Source: Octopus vulgaris (Eukaryota). From it: a stretch of DNA of 64,000 nucleotides. The translations under genes were made by a program, and so were the position numbers. Shown in pieces: positions 26,796 to 43,130 of this stretch. Position 1 is the first letter of the stretch, and the number at the start of each line of letters is the position of its first letter. Below the pieces are notes generated by a model. The model ran no database searches and was not told the DNA's origin. It worked only from the letters and a program-made list of their open reading frames with translations. The stretch spans positions 131,688,001-131,752,000 of the forward strand of contig OX597817.1 of NCBI GenBank assembly GCA_951406725.2. The letters run 5' to 3'.

Positions 26796-26840
26796 ATAAT
26801 AATGATAATAATAATATTAATAATAATAATAATAATAGTA
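26405..26840. repeat. compound trinucleotide array (TAC/CTG/CCT/TAA)
   Basis: Read directly from the sequence. Confidence 0.95.
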
Positions 26841-27300
26841 GAAAGTAGAAGAAAAAGACAGAGAAGCAACAAGTGTCGGATGGAAAAATCAATAGGAGGA
26901 CATCTTCTGCCCATGGACGACCCCAATCAGGGATCAGGGCAACAGGGAAATTATGAGAGTCTCGGATTAGAAAAATGTGCCAAGGCAACCTTGAAAACTG
27001 GAAAATAGATTAAGAGCACTATTAAAATGATAGATAAGACAAAACAAAAGATAAGATAAGAGGATTTAGAACGAAGACAGACTTAAAAGTACTTAGAAAT
27101 CAATGAACTGTACAGAAAATGGAATATTACATATTAATAATTGAAAACGAGATAAATGCAAAGAATGAGATAACAGGTGTATGTATTCTAAAAGGCCAGG
27201 TTATATTTATAGCCGTTTCAGCCTCGCTAGCTGCAGAAGCAGACACAACAGAAGAGAAGGAAAAGCAGCCAGCACAACAACGATAATAATAAAGGATGAA

Positions 27301-27925
27301 TAAGGCGCCGAGCTGGCAGAGTCGTTAGCAGGCCGGGCGAAATGCTTAGCGGTATTTCGTCTACCGTTACGTTCTGAGTTCAAATTCCGCCGAGGTCAAC
27401 TTTGCCTTTCATCCTTTCTGGGTCGATAAATTAAGTACCAGTTACGCACTGGGTTCGATATAATCGACTTAATCCGTTTGTCTGTCCTTGTTTGTCCCCT
27501 CTATGTTTAGCCCCTTGTGTGTAGTAAAGAAATAGGTATTTCTTCTGTCTTTATGTTCTGAGTTCAAATTCCGTCGAGGTCAACTTTGCCTTTCATCCTT
27601 TCGGGGTCGATAATTTAAGTACCAGTTGCATACTGGTGTTGATCTAATCGACTGGTCCACTCCCCACCACCCAAATTTCGGGCCTTGTGTCTAGAGTTCA
27701 AAAGAATAATAATGGTTTCAAATTTTGGCACAAGGCTAGTAATTTGGGGAAAGGGGCAAATCAATTTCATCGACCCCAGTGCTCAACTGGTACTTACTTT
27801 ATCGATCCCGTATATTTTAAAGGCAAAATGAACCTCGACAGAATTTGAATTCAGAACGTAAAAACGGACGAAAAACCACTGAGCATTTTATCCGGCGTGT
27901 AAACGACTCTGCCAATTCGCCCCCT
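27301..27925. mobile_element. SINE family B cluster: plus-strand dimer (27301-27705) and a minus-strand copy (27712-27925)
   Basis: Head TAAGGCGCCGAGCTGGCAGA, B box GAGTTCAAATTCC and two central domains with different tails. Confidence 0.8.
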
Positions 27926-28147
27926 TGAAAACAAAACAACAACAACAACAACATTATTAATCCTATCTGCTAGAGGCACACAGCCTGAAGTTTGGGGAAG
28001 AAGTGTAGTCGATTACATCAACTCCATTACGCAACTGTTATTTATTTTATCGATCCTGAAAAGACGAAACGTAAAGCACATCCTCAAGACACAGACGATG
28101 GACTCGGTAGTGCTGTGAAAGCATGTGATGAAAATAAGACTACTGAA

Positions 28148-28254
<107 letters not shown>

Positions 28255-28654
28255 TGCAGTACCAGGCAGTGCCTCTCATGGCTTCTGATCTTAACTCAGT
28301 GGAAGTGTTACCATGTACATTGTTTTGTCTTGGTATAAAAGGTGGGCTACAGCAAATATTCTGCTCAATACCACTGATTTGCTTGTCAGTTGTTTGACCG
28401 TAACCAGTTGAGCATGTCCCTTAGTGGCTGACGACATGTGCATCTCTGATTATGAGCAGACGTTTTGGGGGAGCATCATAGCCATATGTTGAGAGGAATT
28501 CTTTGGAGTTTGAATAATTCACTTCTGGAAATATGGGTATATCGTTCATTATCCTTAAACAACCCTCCTTCTGGTAGCTCTTAGAGCGAAGAAAATTCTA
28601 ACTTGGATCCATCTGCAAGCTCATGCGCTGTTTGTGTTGATATAAGCTCACCAA

Positions 28655-29830
28655 GACACATCAAACACACACACCCCCTTCAACCTTGCAAGAAGGATAT
28701 GCACAATAGTGTCAGAACAAAATACCAGAGATTTTAGACTGCAAGAACTCAAAAACACCCTAATTAACAGACACTACCCAGTTCAACTCATAGAGGATAG
28801 AATCAGACGTGCAACACAAATCGACGTGGAAACCTTAAGAAAAGTTCAACACAGCAACACACTTTCCCCGAAAATACTGTCGTACATATCCACATACAAC
28901 CCCAGAAACAAAGACGCCTTCACCCACAATTTACCAATGCTACATAAGGACACCAAATTAAACGAAATTTTAAACATACATAAAATCATTAAAAGCTACA
29001 AACAACCGAAATCACTAAAAAATATTCTCACAAAGGCAAAATTGTTGTCTAAAATAACGGATGTAAAAGTGAAAAAATGTGGCAGACCAAACTGCGCAAC
29101 ATGCCCAAACCTTCTAAAAGGATCAGAATTCCTTTTCATAGAGGGACAAAAATTCAAAATCAGATCTGACTTTACTTGTGCTTCAGAAAACATAATATAT
29201 GTCATAAGATGGTCGGGCTGCCACCAAAACTAAATAGGGTCCACAGGATATCGCTCAGATGCAGATGCGCTCTGCATCGACAGCAGATTGCATTCCCAGA
29301 ATACCGGATGATACCCTTTAGTAAACATATTGAGAAATGCTCAAAGCAACTGCTACCACAATTTATAATCTTTCAGTTCTATCAATGTGCCATTGGAACA
29401 CCAACACAAGTTAGATGAAATAAGGAAACCGTCTTCATTGAATAAATATAAAGCAAAAGAACCATTTATAACATTTTAAATAAGGAAACTCACCTCATTG
29501 AAAAAAATATAAAGCAAAAGCTAACCATTTGTAACATTTTATTCCTTCTAAACCAAATCCTGTTAAATTAATCAAACCTAGTCATTCACAACATCTTTGA
29601 TTATCTCCCTTATACCGGAAAAAATCCCTGATTACCTTCCCCTGCCTGGAACTCCATATATTACAACATAGCGAAGACATGACACGATATAGGTAAAGAA
29701 ATTTAAGATACGTAAAATTTTATAACATTTTTCTAACATAACGATTTAAATATATTCTTTAACACATAACACAAACCTTCTGTAGTTTTTTCACTCTTTT
29801 TGTCTTTTATACATCCTACAACGTGCTTTC
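28655..29830 (+). mobile_element. Penelope-like element 3' part (RT thumb + GIY-YIG), decayed
   Basis: FNLARRICTIVSE..RLQELKNTLINRHYP, KCGRPNCATC, FTCASENIIYVI..IGSTG and LHRQQI. Ends at (AT)n. Confidence 0.85.
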
Positions 29831-29847
29831 ACATACCAACTCTCTCA

Positions 29848-29909
<62 letters not shown>

Positions 29910-31739
29910 ATGTATGTATATATTCATGTTAGTATGTATGTGTCCATGCAAGTAGAGAATATGATGCAGGTGGATTCTGGAATGCAGGTACCAAGCATTT
30001 TTAGTAACCAGGTCATTCAACTTATAAAGTTGATGCCCCTAAAAATACCATCACATTTACAGTTTCCGTTTGATTTAGTCTGAAACAAGGGGTCATTGTA
30101 TTCTGTGTATTGTGTAAGACCCGCAGAAATCAATAATATACTGGGGTCAATATATTTCTTTCTTGTAATTCCTGCTCTTTGTCGATCCAATGCAAAATCA
30201 ATATGTCAGCTAAAATTGTCTTTATTACCGTGCATACCGATTAATTGCGATAAACGAATGGTCTTTCTGTTGAAGAGGCCAAATTTCGTGCAGAACAATT
30301 TGTATTATATAATGATATATTCTGGACATGACACTCACCACTGACCGTTTAGTTACCGTTAGCGAATTTAATGGCAGCAAAAGAAAGACGTCGCAATTGC
30401 AAATGGAGACAGAGAATACTAGCGTTGTACTGCATATAACACATTCATTAGCGAAATTGCTCGAATCTAAATTCAGAGGTAAAGCAGCGATATCAGAGAG
30501 ATTTCTGAATAGAATACTTTAGTTATTGTGTTCGCCATATTAAATATGTCCGTTTCTTTCACCTGTTACATTTGGAAACCAGAGAATCTTCGAATTATAT
30601 TGCTTATATTTTCGATCAATTATAATACATTGTATTCTCGGAGTCAATTACCTTCCATAGTAGTATGTAGGTATGTGTCAGTGTGGGTGGTAAGATCTCT
30701 GAATATCTGCGGCAAGAAGTGGCCATCGTTGCCACATCTTCGCAAAAGATTGTGAGTCCTTAACAGGACTTAAAAATCACAGATCGGTGCTCATATTTAA
30801 GAGAATATTCCATCGATGTCAAGATTCAAAATCGATTTGCAGCCATTATGCTTATGTATATATGTTTAATCATAATTAAAAAAAGAAGGAGAAATCAGCT
30901 CTCAGAATTTACTGATATTAATTCAATAACTGAAGAAAGTAGCGAGCAGACAGAGTAGTTAGCTTTTCGGGCAAAATTCTTTGTGGCATTTCTTCAGACT
31001 TTATATTTAGAGCTCAAATACCACAGAGGCAGACTTTGAATTTCTTTTTTTCGAGGTCCATAAAATAAAATACCACTAAAGTACAAGAGTCGATGTAATC
31101 GGAATGTCTCTACTCTAACTATTGCTGGCCTAGTGCCATAATTAGAAAGAAATTCAACAACTGAAGATCAGCGAATCAAAACTTCACAACAACAGTAAAC
31201 CTTCCATTTCTTACTCATGCCTAATGTTATATTTCGTGTTTATAAAAACATCGTCTATTGGGTTCATAGGGCCGGTTACCTGGCTTTCAATAAGGGACCG
31301 AAATCACAACGACCCACCTGAACAGGACGCCAGTCCGTCGCGTAGGATCTCATTTACAGTTGGAATGGCCAGGATCAACGTGAAATGAATTTGCTCAAGA
31401 ACACGACGAACCAGCGGTCCGAGAATCGAAACTATGACCATGTCATTGAGAGTGTTATTTTCTAACCACCAAGCTATGAGTCTTCACGATATCATAATTA
31501 CCGTATCTGTTTTTGCGCGTGGGTGTTGATGTGCGTATTGCCATGACGACATACATTGAAAGGGTAGAAATATTGTAAATTGTCTAAACACTGCAGGCAG
31601 TATTGGTACATATTCTATGGTTGCTGGATCTTTTGAACTGTAAAATTATTGCCAGTGGATTTCAGTCATTGGTATTCTACCTAGTTCTACACCTTTCGCC
31701 CTCTTATAGTGTTTAAAAACTTGATACGCTACATCAGTA

Positions 31740-32480
31740 GGATATTTAATCTATCTTCAATGGAAACATTTGATAAAGCAGCCTCTTACTATAAAAACGA
31801 CCTAAATAACAGCGACTTCACAGATAAGATATCATATAACACTTTAGTTAACTTTATAAACATAGGAAAATAATATGGTCACACCACATTCTCCTGAAAT
31901 GTTAAATCTAACATAGGCAAGACTTTTCTGGTATTATTAAACAAATGCAAGAATATTTCCAATAGCAGCTCGATAAGAATTCTGTGCAATTGCTTCCCCA
32001 ATATGAAGGATATTATTACTAATAAGTCACATCAAGAATCCACACCCAATTGTAACTGTTGAAACCTTGAATGTTGCCTGCTTCATCGGACGTGTTTGAT
32101 AAACGCGGTTGTTTATGAAACCGAAGTTAGAGGCTGTGCTCCATGAAAACAGAATTGAGAAGAAAAATTACATCAGTTTATGTGAAGGCAATTTTAAAAG
32201 CCGTTTTGCAACATACTAGTCTTCTGTCCGACACGTTGCGAAAAATAAAACCACTAAGTTGGCTAGCCAAGTATGAAATCGGAAGACCAACAGCATACTA
32301 CAGACAATAAAGTAGAAACTCGTGCAGAAACCTATACCATACATAAATGATGCAAGTTATACGTAACTGAGCGACGGCATATCCTTTCACGTGTGTCCAA
32401 GGACTCCAGCACACTGTTTAATTCCTGATCCATTATTTTTAGGGAACGCGAGCTCATAAATAAGCTTATTTTATCAAACT
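31740..32480 (+). mobile_element. old Penelope-like fragment (thumb + GIY-YIG), heavily decayed
   Basis: FDKAASYYKNDL, RKIIW, NVKSNIGKTF, CFPNMKDII, CNC..CL...CLINAVVYE and KIYISLCEGNFKSRF read across frameshifts. Confidence 0.7.
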
Positions 32481-32802
32481 GGAGGACTCAACACGCTCCG
32501 GATTGAGTAGCTATCTCACAGACTTCGGCCTTTTTTCTCTCATATTATTCTACACGTGGCACAATCATTATGATTTCTAGAGACAAAGAGGTCAATGAGT
32601 TTGGTTTTCGTTCTATCAATCGCATTTTTCTTCTCGTTTTTTTTTTCTTAGCGTTTTTAAATGCATCTAACGATATGCACTTGACTTGAAAGATTGCTTG
32701 GAAATTCATGGCAGGTTATATAAATCTGCCTTTACATTGTGTCTCTCAAGTATGAAACTGTTAGTAGCTCTTTTGTAAAGTGTGTGTGTGTGTGTATGCA
32801 TG

Positions 32803-32837
<35 letters not shown>

Positions 32838-33028
32838 ATGTATGTATGTATGTATGTATGTATGTATGTATGTATGTATGTATATGTGTGTATATATCCC
32901 TTAAGTTCGTTTATGGTAAACGGGTAAACGTTTTGAATATGCCCATGAAAACATTATGTAGGTTGCAGCCGAATGAGGCCAACTAGCGATACCAGTTTGT
33001 GGGGGTTGTACCGAGCTGTGCCGATGTA

Positions 33029-34718
<1,690 letters not shown>

Positions 34719-34723
34719 ATTTG

Positions 34724-34960
34724 TAAGGCGGCGAGCTGGCAGAAACGTTAGCACGCCGGTCGAAATGCGTAGCCGTATTTCGTCTGCCGTTACGTTCTGA
34801 GTTCAAATTCCGCCGAGGTCGATTTTGCATTTCATCCTTTCCGAGTCGATAAATAAAGTACCAGTTTCGCACTGAGGTCGATGTAATCGACTTAATTCCT
34901 TTGTCTGTCCTTGTTTGTCCCCTCTATGCTGAGCCCCTTGTGGGCAATAAAGAAAAAAAT
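34724..34960 (+). mobile_element. full-length SINE family B with Tx1-like tail
   Basis: tRNA head, central domain and tail TTGTCCCCTCTATGCTGAGCCCCTTGTGGGCAATAAAGAAA. Confidence 0.85.
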
Positions 34961-35304
34961 ATATATATAAGCATGTGTGGCCAGAGGATGTCATGAAACG
35001 TGTACAACAAAAACATACGTAGCACGAGTAGATATTCGACCGTAAGAAAATCATTCACTGTATTTTGCTATGGAAAATGAAAAAATCTCGGGTGTTGACT
35101 GATAGGAAGGCAGTTCGCAACCACGCTAACCAGATTCATTTGTGCATGCACTTCGGAGTGGTTATCTTCTCTTCAGCATAAATACATATACATATACAAG
35201 CGCCGCACACACACACATGCACACACACTCACACACTGACCCACCTAACACACATACACGCGCGCACACTTACATACACATCCACATAGGTACATATAGA
35301 GGTA

Positions 35305-35897
<593 letters not shown>

Positions 35898-35902
35898 TGT
35901 AC

Positions 35903-35983
<81 letters not shown>

Positions 35984-35985
35984 TA

Positions 35986-36045
<60 letters not shown>

Positions 36046-36955
36046 TGTACATATTCTCAAAAGTAGTCTTAATAAACCTTTTCTAGCAATGTCCTTTTTA
36101 TACATACCCGACTCGGAAGTCCGACGCCTCACAGGCGGGGCGTGGACTCCGTCTTGGAAAACCACTGGTCTAATATAACTACTATGTGTCGTGGACATTA
36201 CTTTGAAGTTTCTGCGTTTACCCCATTCTTTTGTGTATTCCCGTGACCCTGTGTCTCATTTCTGATACTGAACAGAACAGAGACAGACTAGACCACCTCA
36301 GTCAAAGCGCAACAGTTGCTTTTGACATGGGCAGCTAACTTTAGTGATCAGCATGCCACAACAATGTTTTAGATATAATGAGATTGTTGATACACACCAA
36401 GGTTTACGTTTGTTGTAAATTCTCCACGCAGAGAGACACAAACACGTGGTGTTTGATGTAATTCGGTTAATTGCTGGCGGCAGACATAAAAACGCCAGGA
36501 TTTTATATTATGGATCCTGTAATAAATATATATGCAACCAGAGCACTTACTCCCCTCCACCATTGTTCTCTTCCCCCTCCGTCGAATACTCCGCCATCGC
36601 CACCACCCCACCCACACCACTAACAACTCCACCACCACTACCTCCACCAACGACAACATTAATACTCGGGATATTCTAGTGCTGAAGCCCTGTCGCCACC
36701 ATTAAAAGCAGATTAACAGTATTATCATCATAATTAGCAGCAGCAGCAGCAACAGCAGCAACAACAATGAAAATAACAAACACCAAACCACATGCTGCTG
36801 TAACGGTAAGAGAGCAGCAGAGGGAAGTAGAAAAAAAAAAATCTATCAGCCATAACAACAATTAGTATCACTACTGCTTCTACCACCACCACCACCACCA
36901 CCACAACCACCACAACCACCACAACCAGAACCACTACCACTACTACTACTATAAT

Positions 36956-37013
<58 letters not shown>

Positions 37014-37088
37014 AGTACTACTACCATCACCACCTCCACCACCACTACTACTACCACCACCATCACCACCATCACCAAAACTACTACA

Positions 37089-37140
<52 letters not shown>

Positions 37141-37542
37141 AATGTCGTTTGTGTTCCTAAAGCTAACAATAATTGTTAAATCAACGTATTTGAGCAAGAA
37201 CAAATCTCAGTATTTCTAAGCCAAGGCTATGAGATGTTGTGTATTGATGCCTTTCCCAAAGGGAGTACTGACCTAAGAATTATCAACGGATGAGGAAACC
37301 TAATTGACGAATCGATTTGCCGACTAACACGCTGCTTTCAAAGGCATTACGTGTATTTGTGTGTATGCTCGAAATACGAGACGAGAAAAAATTCCAATAA
37401 CTGATGAAGGGTCGTTCTTTATGTTCTTTGCTTTGTTTTCCAATTGTGTCTTTCGCTGTTCCAAAGAATAATTCATGTTCCATCTACTCGTACTTCGTAT
37501 TTTTTGTTGTACACATTTCGTGATGTCCTGTGCCCACACATG

Positions 37543-37625
<83 letters not shown>

Positions 37626-37699
37626 TTTCTAGTTTCAGCTCAGAGCTGCGGCCATGCTGATGCACTGCCGTTTTGTGCTACACTGTTATTACTCAGAGC

Positions 37700-39990
37700 C
37701 TCCTCTAATATGTGGCACTTGATGAAGAATGGAGTTTGATATAGCTACCTTCATTTGCACCTCTTGCCGTGAGGTAGGTTCGTCTGGGACTCTCGACAGG
37801 AAGAGGTCCAGCTTTGATTAAAAAAACCCTACATCTACTTTGTGCTAGTTCTTCAGACTCTGTGAAAATATTAAAAAGCTGTGGGCCCTTGAAACCCAGG
37901 CTGTTGCAGTAACTGGTCCTGGAGTGTGATGGCATTATGCAGTGTCGTTCCGTTCTGACATTGGTGCAGCTTTCAATGCCAAAATTTGGCACAATTCCTT
38001 CCAGGATCTTCCAGATATATATTACTGCATACCTCTCCCGTCTTCTCTCCAGAGAGTAGAGTCTTAGCTGTTTCAACCTTTCCCAGTAGCTGAGCTGTTC
38101 CAATGAGACGATCTTCTTTGTGAATCTCCTCTGGATTGCTTCAAGGTCTGCTGTTAATTTCACACTGCTGGGTGACCATAGCTGTGAGCAGTAATCCAGG
38201 CGGCTGAGGACAAATGTCTGCCAGAGGACCATCATGGTTTCCTTATCTCTGGTTCTGAATGTTCTTAGGATCCAGCCAGCTAGTCGTCTGCACTTTGTCG
38301 CCATCCTGGTAATGTGCACTTGGAAAGAGGTATCATCACTCATGTCGATACCCAGGTCCCTCACTGACTTAGGCTCTGGGATTCAAATTCCCTTTGGACC
38401 GGTGTACCCCGTAAGTTTCATATTCAGTTTTGGATGCTGGTAGCTCAGGGCTTGGAATTTTTCAGCATTAAACTACATATTATTATCCTCAGCCCATCTG
38501 TAAATTGAGTCCAACATCTGCTGCAAGTGTGCAACATCGCTGAGGTTCTGTATATTCTATGAGACTTTCGTATCATCTGCATAGCTTGCCAGAATGGCTA
38601 TCCGGGCATTTGAGGGTATATCTGAGAGGGCCACTATAAAAAGCAGTGGTCCCAAGACAGTGCCCTGTGGAACACCGGTCACTATTTGTGTGTTCATAGA
38701 GGTGGCTCCATTAGCCACTAATGCCTGACTCCTGTCATTCAGCAAGTCATGTAACCACTCTCCAAATTTTCCAGCTATGTCAAGGTCACGCAGTTTGTGG
38801 CATATCATACCATGATCCACCTTGTCAAAAGCTTTTGCAAAATCAAGGTATATTACGTCCACATTTGATTTGTTGAGTAACTGCCTGAACACCCATTCAT
38901 AATGTTGTAAGAGCTGGGTCAGGCAGCTCCTACCTGGTCGAAAACCATGGTGGGTATCACTCAGCAAGTTATTTTCTGCGATTAGCTTCCCTCTGACTAC
39001 CCGATCCATGACTTTGCTGATGTGTGGAATCAGAGAGATAGGTCTATAGTTTTTGGCATCTGCTCTACTTCCCCCTTTATGTATTGGGCATATTATTCCC
39101 TCCTTCAGCTTGCTTGGCAGTTTACCATTTGTAAGAATGCTCTCGAAGAGCACTGGAGGGGTTTTGCCAGGGCATGCTTATACGATTTGAGGAGGATTGC
39201 TGGGAAACCACCACGACCAGCGGTAGAGTTTCTGTTCACTTCATCTATGGCTAGTAGTATATCTTCTTCGCTAATGTCAATGTATTCCATTGTAACTGCC
39301 TCGCTGGTTATAGGTGAGGCGGCAAAGAAGTCCACTGGTTTGTTCACTTGTCTGAGTTCCAACGGGTGGTAAATACACTTTTGAAGTGGTCATTCAGTAT
39401 CTCACTGATCTTAGTTGTACTGTTTGTGAGGGAGCCATCCTTTTGGAGGAAGGGTCCTATCTTGTAGTGTACTGAGGCTGTTTCTTTCGCGTAATAAAAG
39501 AAGGCCTTTGGGTTTGACTTAATGTTTTTTATAACCCAGGCTTCTTTGTCTGCTTTCTCCCTCACATACGATTGTTGCAGCTTTTTTTTGGATCCCCATC
39601 AGTGTTGCTTTAGGCAGGACGTTTCGCTGCTTTTGGGATGTTGGTGGAATCGATTTGCAACTTTCGTCCGTCGTTCCTATTTGTTTTGGCCTTGTGCTCT
39701 GGGACATATTTCTAGCATATGGCTTGCACAGAAGACATGAAACATCATAGTTTCATGTTAATGTCTGGTGTGGAGAGACATTTCGGAGAGTCCTCTCTGA
39801 GGATCGCCCTTTGGATCGATTTCCAATCTGCTTTGTGGAAGATCAGCTTGGAGAGATTTCGGGTGTTTCCTTTATGCTGTATGTCTCTGGTTACTTTAGG
39901 CCCAAACATAGACAGCTCTATGTTGTGATCTGAGACTAATGTCGATGTCACTTTCTCATTATGAATGATGTCCATATTGTTCGTGAAGCA
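37700..39990 (-). mobile_element. CR1-like LINE ORF2 remnant (end of APE, RT, C-terminus)
   Basis: SDHNIEL, KSNPKAFFYY, NYRPISL, HGFRPGRSCLTQLL, YLDFAKAFDKVDH, GVPQGTVLGPLLF, YADDTK, RDLGI, SRLDYCSQLWSP and LYSLERRRER. Confidence 0.92.
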
Positions 39991-40031
39991 ATATATACAT
40001 ATAGATCTATGTACATATACATCTGTATATA

Positions 40032-40078
<47 letters not shown>

Positions 40079-40131
40079 GTTTAAATATTTGTTGTGCAAG
40101 ATTTTTTATGTGAAGTCGTGTGTTGAAACAG

Positions 40132-41011
40132 ATATTGTTATATTTCGGAATGGTCATATTGCCAGTTTAGCCAATAAAAACACACGCACTATATATTTGG
40201 TGTTATTTTGCTTCAGTGATATTTATTTTTTACATTAATCTTAATCTTATTTCGGCCAAAGTTCTTTCGTCACACTCCTGTGACCGCATCAGTGGTCCTT
40301 TGTTTTCTTCTCACTTACTTGTGTCTCTCCTTACTAACCGTCAGCCATTTTGTATTTCTATTGTATGTCTTCATTTGCGCATGCTTATATCTCTATGTGC
40401 GTCTATGTTTATTTAGTGTGTGTGTGGGGGGATGTCTGTAATATTTGTATCTTCTGGTTATATACATTCTTGTAATTTGTATTTTGTTTTTGTTGTTGTT
40501 GCTTTTGTTCTAATTTTGTTCATGTGTTTACATCCACCCATTATTATCATTACATATGCTTGTATGTATGTATACATACATACAAGCATATGTAATGATA
40601 ATAATGGGTGGATGTAAACACATGAACAAAATTAGAACAAAAGCAACAACAACAAAAACAAAATACAAATTACAAGAATGTATATAACCAGAAGATACAA
40701 ATATTACAGACATCCCCCCCCACACACTAAATAAACATAGACGCACATAGAGATATAAGCATGCGCAAATGAAGACATACAATAGAAATACAAAATGGCT
40801 GACGGTTAGTAAGGAGAGACACAAGTAAGTGAGAAGAAAACAAAGGACCACTGATGCGGTCACAGGAGTGTGACGAAAGAACTTTGGCCGAAATAAGATT
40901 AAGATTAATGTAAAAAATAAATATCACTGAAGCAAAATAACACCAAATATATAGTGCGTGTGTTTTTATTGGCTAAACTGGCAATATGACCATTCCGAAA
41001 TATAACAATAT
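40132..41011. repeat. ~880 bp near-perfect palindrome of a Penelope-pLTR-like sequence
   Basis: Identical ORFs on opposite strands (40216+ and 40927-). The centre is GTATAC at 40570-40575 with no spacer. Confidence 0.95.
40845..40889 (+). ncRNA. minimal hammerhead-like motif (mirror copy at 40254-40298, minus strand)
   Basis: GGACCA-CTGATGC-G-GTCACA-GGAG-TGTGAC-GAA-AGAACT-T-TGGCC has a 6 bp stem II and stem I CCA/TGG. Core A9 is changed to C. Confidence 0.65.
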
Positions 41012-41039
41012 ATATATATATATATATATATATTATTTA

Positions 41040-41345
41040 TATAAATCTTAGATATGTTTCGACCAATGATTGGTCCAGGCCATGTCTAACTTAATAGCAC
41101 CACCTGATAGGATTATTTGAATCCTGTTTAAGTCAAGTTTTGTTTATGGTCCATTCAAGTTATGAGTTTTTGTTGGGTGAGTTGTATCCAATTATGGGTG
41201 GCTTATCTGGTATTCCTTGAAGGAATCTATCCAGACTCCGTTTAAAGTTGATGGGATCCTTTTCCTCTTTGATCACTTTTGGGACAATGTTAAATAGGGC
41301 AGGTCCTGTTGAGGAAAAGAAATTATGTTGCAGTGTACATGTATG
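41040..41345 (-). mobile_element. 3' end of a CR1-like LINE
   Basis: NFFSSTGPALFNIVPK..FKRSLDRFLQGIPDKP..NS. 3' stem-loop GACCAA-TCA-TTGGTC. Confidence 0.75.
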
Positions 41346-42631
41346 CTGTGATCTTGAATTGATATATATATATATAAAACCATCATCACCAGCACCACCA
41401 CCACCACCACTTCTGCAACTTCTACTGCTACTACTGCCATCGCCCCCCACCTCCACTACTACTGCTAACTCCCACTTTTTGTCCTTGTTTATCTCCACCG
41501 TACCTTTCCCTTTGTCACTGATTTTTTTCTAACCCTTCATTTCCACTGCTCCCTACCCCTCTCTCCTTCCACGTGACCGGTGTTCGGCCAGCCATGATCT
41601 TTCTTTCTTGGCCTGAATGCCGACCACCAACACCTCTTATGTCCATCTATGTTCCTGCCTTAAGGCTTTCACTTCATACACGCCAGCTCAATTGGATTCG
41701 TTCTCAGTCGAAATACACCTGTTGTTATATTCTTGTTGTTTGTATTTGTAATTGTGTACCATGTTCTCCGTTTTTTTTTGTCTTTGTTGCTGTACATATT
41801 CGCTAGCTTACTTACAACAAATATCTAATGCTCTTAGCTTAGACTTTTTGGGGGGGCAACCAGATCCAACTGTCTCAAGTGTAACCTCCCGAAGCAGTCA
41901 GGAATTCTGATAACTTGACTGAAGGAAGGCCACGTATGACCCGTCCTTTTTTCCCCTGTCCTTCTAATTGTTGTTCCACCTCTCTGCCTTTGTATTGTCT
42001 ATTTGTCCGAATGTTTTATGGTCCTCTGTTCCATTTTTGCTCCAAAATTCTGACTGCTTCCTTCTTGTTAATATACAATATGCAAACACTCTATAAATAC
42101 ATACATACATACATATTTATATATATAATCCTTGGATACAGTAATACGACATTACTGTTAATTTCACGCCTCGCTTGTAAATGCACCCAATCTTTGGTTG
42201 ATATGTGACTAGTAACCACCCACGGAGATATACCTGTATAAATATGAAGCTACAGAGTATCGGCATATTTTCCATTCATGCGTGTTGACTATTGTGTTAG
42301 AAGGGACAAAACTATTTTTACGATTGATTTTCAAAAGGTCTTTTTCAAAAGTTCACAAATACAGAGAAGGAGAATTAAAGAGCAATGCGGCTCTTGCTAT
42401 AGTATTGAAATATTCTATAAGGTTTTGCGGAGAAAATAAACATACTATACAATAGAAAACAATGAAGTAAGAAGTTGAGATCGAAATTCATACAGGAAAT
42501 GTGTAATACTTAAAAGAATTAATCCTGTGTCAGTGATATCTCCAGCATTTCAGCAAGTACTTACAATGTGGTAAGATTTCATGAAGAGTTCTGATCATGT
42601 GTTTAAATAATTCACAAATTTTTTAATATTA

Positions 42632-43130
42632 TCTATATATATAAAACTGTAGTTGTGTGAGTGTTTAGATTCCTAACTACTCCCACATTTTGCGGTGCAG
42701 TTTAACCAAATTCGAGTATCTTATAGTCGTGATTCATATCGAGCCCGTCTGAGTATTAGCGCGCGTCTACGGTGAGTCTACGATTTTAAAAATAATTTAT
42801 CATAATTTTTTATTCCATTTTAATGCATAATTTTTCGTGTGTCGATGGCGGCGGAGTTGGCGTTCATGGTCACACCTGCACCTGTTTGCTTCTCCCCTTT
42901 CTTCCCTCCCTCGTGAAGCTGTGGGGAAGGGAGTGTAAGGAGATCAACGTCGTAAAGCGTTGTCAAGGAGACCAGCGTTCTTTTAGAACAACGACTTCAT
43001 GGCTTGAAGACACCAAAACAGAAATGGCTAAGAAAGCCCGAATTGGCATCTATAAGGGAAGTAACTCTCTAAAAATGCTTATATAGTTATTTCCCTTACA
43101 AACCCGAGCAACGCCGGGCGATACTGCGAG
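42632..43130 (+). mobile_element. non-autonomous Helitron
   Basis: 5' end A|TCTATATATATAAA. The 3' GC hairpin CCCGAGCAACGCCGGG is followed by CTGCGAG|T (decayed CTAG). Confidence 0.75.

Noticed and set aside
28709-29418. Selenocysteine read-through, as reported for some Naiad Penelope-like elements
   Set aside because: The interrupting stop at 29231-29233 is TAA at a Tyr position, not TGA at a Cys position, and no SECIS was recognised.
30060-30830. Possible host exons or old RTE-like LINE on the minus strand
   Set aside because: Only faint RT-like traces and no open frame. Too decayed to call.
32680-32770. Possible long-stem hammerhead after the old Penelope fragment
   Set aside because: TTGCTTG/CAAGTA before GAAAC is suggestive, but the core and stem I are not readable.
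36160-36540. hAT-like terminus (TTGGAAAACCACTG) and possible solo LTR starting TGTCGTGG
   Set aside because: No matching opposite end or TSD was identified.
37405-37430. CTGATGAAGGG in a pLTR-like repeat
   Set aside because: Stems I-III could not be closed, and the homologue at 33.9 kb lacks the motif.
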